Source: an uncultured Nitrospinaceae bacterium
Lineage (GTDB): Bacteria > UBA8248
Length of the DNA: 64,000 nt
Direction of reading: 5' to 3'
Assembly (NCBI GenBank): GCA_964005815.1
Contig: CAXFSR010000036.1
Span: forward strand, 32,001 to 96,000
Part shown: one piece after another, positions 60,499-64,000 of the stretch
Layout: every line of letters begins with the position of its first letter
Numbering within the stretch: the stretch's first letter is position 1
Translations under genes and position numbers: made by a program
The notes under the pieces: model-generated
What the model was told of the DNA's origin: nothing
The model's input: only the letters and a program-made list of their open reading frames with translations
Database searches by the model: none

Positions 60499-61710
60499 TT
60501 ATCTAGTCCTTCCAGTGGTAGTATCAAGTGGATGTACATCCGTAACTAGTCTTTCATCATATGGGTAAGGGGTATATACATCAGGTTCCCCTTCTGTAAC
60601 TACCAAATTATTCTCTAATCTAAATCCACCAATACCAGGTTTTCCCGCATATGGCTCTAAATTATAAGTCATTCCAACTTCAAGTGGCATAGGATCTTCA
60701 TACGCAGCTGGACTAAAATAAGGGAGTTCCCAAGGATTGGTACCTGAACCATGTCCAAGACTATCAAGAACATAAGGCTCTGCAGCCTGATATACATCTA
60801 AAGTAGTATTGCCAAGTTTTGATGCAGCACATGAATCCCAAACTGCATTATAACATTTCATATGTAAATCTATTTGTTCCTCAGTTGGCATTATATCCCC
60901 ACACACCCAAGTTCTAGTAAAATCTCCCCAATAACCGTTGAAACATCCTCCCACATCCATTATGACCATATCTCCTTTTCTGATAATACGGTCAGAAGTA
61001 AGCCTTCTATAAGGAGCTGTATAAGGACCTGAACAAATAATGTTTGCACATTGAGTCCACTCACTACCCAAAGCAGTCATTCTATGCCACATAACTGCGA
61101 GAACTTCGCATTCACGTACTCCGGGTCTTAAATAATCAATTCCATCTTCAAAAGCCGCTTCGGTTATAAATGTAGCTGCTTTAAGACAAGAAATCTCGTC
61201 TACGGTCTTAGTTATCTTTGCTTTCATTAAGACTTCGTAACCATCTATGAATTTTGATTTGGGAAAAGCTTCGCGAAGCCTCTCTTCAATAGCTGGCGAC
61301 CATAAATCGACACCAATTGTTTTCCCATCAAGATTATCTCCGATTAATCCCTTTACTCTCTCTGCCCATTCTTTAACAGCTGAGATATCTCGAAGATTTG
61401 CACGAGGCTGGATCTGTTCTTCATCAAGCCATTTCATTCTTAAGTGTGCATGATCATTGTCCATACTAAACAGATAAGGATCGCCGCCTTTTGCAAGTAC
61501 ACAAGCAGCCATTCCTAGAGATGCAGTAGGATGTAAATGAGATCGAAATCCTGTCAAATATCTACAATCTTCTGTTCGAAAAACAAACAAAACGTCTGCT
61601 TCTGAAGAAGCAAGTGCGTCTTTAGCTTTTTGTAAACGCTCTTTACGCAAACGATCGTAATCAATTCTCTGTTCCCAATCCACTCCCATCAATCCCCAAT
61701 CACCCATCAC
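60499..61710 (-). CDS. M24 (pita-bread fold) metallo-enzyme, Xaa-Pro peptidase-like
   Basis: Binuclear ligands MDVGG, GYWGDFTRT, GHG, LEP, RLE. Confidence 0.88.
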   Translation of the reverse strand: MMGDWGLMGVDWEQRIDYDRLRKERLQKAKDALASSEADVLFVFRTEDCRYLTGFRSHLHPTASLGMAACVLAKGGDPYLFSMDNDHAHLRMKWLDEEQIQPRANLRDISAVKEWAERVKGLIGDNLDGKTIGVDLWSPAIEERLREAFPKSKFIDGYEVLMKAKITKTVDEISCLKAATFITEAAFEDGIDYLRPGVRECEVLAVMWHRMTALGSEWTQCANIICSGPYTAPYRRLTSDRIIRKGDMVIMDVGGCFNGYWGDFTRTWVCGDIMPTEEQIDLHMKCYNAVWDSCAASKLGNTTLDVYQAAEPYVLDSLGHGSGTNPWELPYFSPAAYEDPMPLEVGMTYNLEPYAGKPGIGGFRLENNLVVTEGEPDVYTPYPYDERLVTDVHPLDTTTGRTR

Positions 61711-61770
61711 GACTCTCCTGTTTGTATTAACAAAATTTAATAAAATTCTGACAAAGTTTTTTATACATCG

Positions 61771-61799
61771 ATATTAGACATAGAACCCATTTTTTTCAA
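61771..61799 (-). promoter_or_regulatory. Putative sigma70 promoter of the M24-rhodanese pair
   Basis: Minus strand TTGAAA-17 nt-TAATAT. Confidence 0.45.
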
Positions 61800-61904
61800 T
61801 TAATGAACACAAAATTAAATAACTGGTATTATTATTATAACTAATCAATTCCTAAGAACCTTATCATGAAAGAAAAATTGATTCTTCGATAAACTAAATT
61901 TTAT

Positions 61905-62786
61905 TTATGCTAATCTGGCTATTTTGAGATTGAAATCAAGAGGAGGAGCTGACCGAACAAGACCGCTTGTCGAAATATAATCAACCCCAGTTGAAGCAAC
62001 TTCTGAAAAACCTAAATCTCCAATTCCTGACGCTTCAAGAATATAAGGCTTTTTTGTTACAGACGCTTTTCCTACTTGACGAATTCGGTCGACAGCATCT
62101 TTCAAATTACTCAAATTCATATTGTCGAGTAGAAGCATATGTACACGACCATCTTCCAAAACTTGATCTAATTGTTCGAAAGATTGCACTTCTATCTGAA
62201 TATCAGTCATATAACGAGAATCAAATTTCTGATCTATAGCAGCCGTAATAGAACCGGCAGTAACTATATCATTATCCTTTATCATATCCCCGTCAAAAAA
62301 ACCGAGACGATGATTCTTTCCTCCACCTATTCTGACCGCATACTTTTCAAAATAACGTAATCCGGGCCTGTTCTTCCTCGTATCAAGAATGCCCTTAAAT
62401 GTCTCAGGAAAATCATGTGTCGAAGAAAGTATTTTTTTTGTATGGGTAGAAATTTCCGACATATGAGAAAGTAAATTTAAAACTGTACGTTCGGCTTTTA
62501 AAATTGTCTGGCTACAACCATAAATTTTAGCGATCAAATCACCATTACTCACTGAATCACCCTCTTGCTTTAACCATTCAATAACTGGCTTTTCAGACAC
62601 ACCAAAACCCAACAATTCTTGGGTGATATCAAAAATATCTTGAATAAAAATTGAACCAGAAATAACCGCATTGGATTTAGAACGAAGCTCAGCCTCGCAG
62701 AAAGGCTCTTTGCTTATATCAAAATGCAACTGTGCCTCTCCAAAGTCTTCTAGAAGCCAGTCACGAATCTTTGAGCGAATATTTAT
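61905..62786 (-). CDS. nadC: Quinolinate phosphoribosyltransferase
   Basis: AERTVLN, DTRK..PG, GGG.NHR, IEV, LLDNM, EASG, TGVDYIS; after nadA. Homology (WLLEDFG) extends upstream of the track start 62729; true start uncertain. Confidence 0.9.
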   Translation of the reverse strand: MNIRSKIRDWLLEDFGEAQLHFDISKEPFCEAELRSKSNAVISGSIFIQDIFDITQELLGFGVSEKPVIEWLKQEGDSVSNGDLIAKIYGCSQTILKAERTVLNLLSHMSEISTHTKKILSSTHDFPETFKGILDTRKNRPGLRYFEKYAVRIGGGKNHRLGFFDGDMIKDNDIVTAGSITAAIDQKFDSRYMTDIQIEVQSFEQLDQVLEDGRVHMLLLDNMNLSNLKDAVDRIRQVGKASVTKKPYILEASGIGDLGFSEVASTGVDYISTSGLVRSAPPLDFNLKIARLA

Positions 62787-62808
62787 TTTTTCACCCTATT
62801 TTACTGAA

Positions 62809-63921
62809 TTAGACGATCTCTAACATACGTTCTATAGGAATTCTTGCGCGTTTTGCCAATTCTGCATCTACATTTATCTCGTACTTTAAATCTCTAAGAC
62901 ATTCATACAAATTTTTAAGTGTATTCTGTTTCATATAAGAACAAAGCGCTTCCTTACTTGCAGGAATTAATGTCTTTTCAGGAACTGCTTTCGACATGGG
63001 ATGCAAATTGCCAACTTCAGTAGCTACAATTACTTCATTCTGAGGAACCTCAGAAACAAGCTTAATCATACCCTGAGTAGAACGAAACTGAAGAAGATCT
63101 TCGGGTACAACACCCTCATTGACTTGTCGCATACACGCACTTGTACAACCACATTCCGGATGCACAACAGTAATTGCATTAGGATAAGAATTTTGCTGTT
63201 CCATAACATGATGTGGGCGGATACGTTCATGAACATGACAAGCACCCATCATCAAATGTAACCGATCAAGAGAATGTCCTTCACTTTCTAAAAGTTTTGC
63301 TGCATAGAATCCCAAAAAAACATCGGGTAGAAATAAAATTGGCTGTTCTGGATTTGTATTCTTAAGAACATGTAAGGTTACTTTGCCAGCATTAGCAGAA
63401 GCACAGCAAAAATCACTTTCAGCTTTTACTTCTAAATAAGTATTTACATAACTGATGACTACACCATTAGTATGTTGTTCTTTCCATTTTTTAATTTTAG
63501 AAACATCTGCATGCGCAGCAAGAGAACAAAGCGCACCTAAATCAGGAGCTAGTACTGTTTGATGCGGTTTCTTTAAAGCAGCTAACATTTGATTCATAAA
63601 TAACACCGTTGCTTCTATTAGATAATCAGCGTCTGAATCCGCTCCTTGCTGAGCCAAAAACAAGGAATCTCCGACTACATCAGATAATTCTTGAATATCC
63701 GAGGGAACATAATTATGTGAAAGGACGAGGGCATTTCTTTCCTCTTTGAGCCTTTTTATCTCATTCCTGTAAAACTCTTTTTCATCTTCCGGTATATTTT
63801 CAGAAAAAGCTTCTTTAGGAATAGGAGGAACATCTATATTTGGACCAAGATCAACTTGATCCATTATTTCAATAGCTTCCTTTGCAGGAAGAATATCACC
63901 AGCCTCCACATCTAAAACCAT
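62809..63921 (-). CDS. nadA: Quinolinate synthase
   Basis: LSHNY, GDSL.LA, CSLA, YVNT, LPD..LG, CHVH, HPEC, ST, C.YMK. Confidence 0.93.
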   Translation of the reverse strand: MVLDVEAGDILPAKEAIEIMDQVDLGPNIDVPPIPKEAFSENIPEDEKEFYRNEIKRLKEERNALVLSHNYVPSDIQELSDVVGDSLFLAQQGADSDADYLIEATVLFMNQMLAALKKPHQTVLAPDLGALCSLAAHADVSKIKKWKEQHTNGVVISYVNTYLEVKAESDFCCASANAGKVTLHVLKNTNPEQPILFLPDVFLGFYAAKLLESEGHSLDRLHLMMGACHVHERIRPHHVMEQQNSYPNAITVVHPECGCTSACMRQVNEGVVPEDLLQFRSTQGMIKLVSEVPQNEVIVATEVGNLHPMSKAVPEKTLIPASKEALCSYMKQNTLKNLYECLRDLKYEINVDAELAKRARIPIERMLEIV

Positions 63922-64000
63922 CTAAATCTCCATCTAGACTAAATTTGAAAAGAAAAAAACGACAATGTTGAGGACAATTATAAAGGAAAAATAAAAAATA

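Noticed and set aside
1807..63261. Numerous 60-150 aa antisense or nested ORFs in the track
   Set aside because: All overlap well-supported genes and show no recognisable motifs.
1..64000. CRISPR arrays, IS elements, prophage, tRNA/rRNA, defence systems
   Set aside because: No repeat-spacer pattern or mobile/defence gene was seen, and intergenic gaps are short and AT-rich; checked by eye only.

Overview
A gene-dense, AT-rich bacterial chromosomal window with about 64 protein genes. I saw no tRNA, rRNA, CRISPR array, integrase or transposase. The first ~31.5 kb is all on the minus strand and is housekeeping: rpoD (partial), dnaG, a his cluster (short hisG, D, B, H, A, F, IE), murA, prmC, prfA, rpmE, rho, coaE, two DUF507-like genes, a PHP protein, gcvT-H-P with a lipoyl ligase, thiolase/hbd/acyl-CoA dehydrogenase, rluD, lspA, ileS, trpS and a site-2 protease. 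From ~31.6 kb to 62 kb is a mixed-strand region of mostly orphan enzymes with no recognisable transcription factor: tandem Gfo/Idh/MocA paralogs, a two-gene pyruvate:ferredoxin oxidoreductase, two M20 hydrolases, VOC proteins, a lactonase-like MBL, a complete mrpA-G antiporter, a cyclase, a PLP aldolase, a ferredoxin and an M24-rhodanese pair. nadA-nadC close the window. The main hidden feature is missed by the ORF track: the gene listed at 40946 appears to start at 40895 and read through an in-frame TGA that forms a glutaredoxin-type UxxC motif followed by a SECIS-like hairpin. This makes it a candidate selenoprotein fusing a Grx/NrdH redoxin to a DinB-like metal domain. Taxonomy is inference only: gene content (DUF507 pair, rho-rpmE-prfA-prmC-murA-hisG order) suggests a streamlined Nitrospinota/deltaproteobacteria-like lineage. 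All family calls come from motifs recognised by eye, not database searches.
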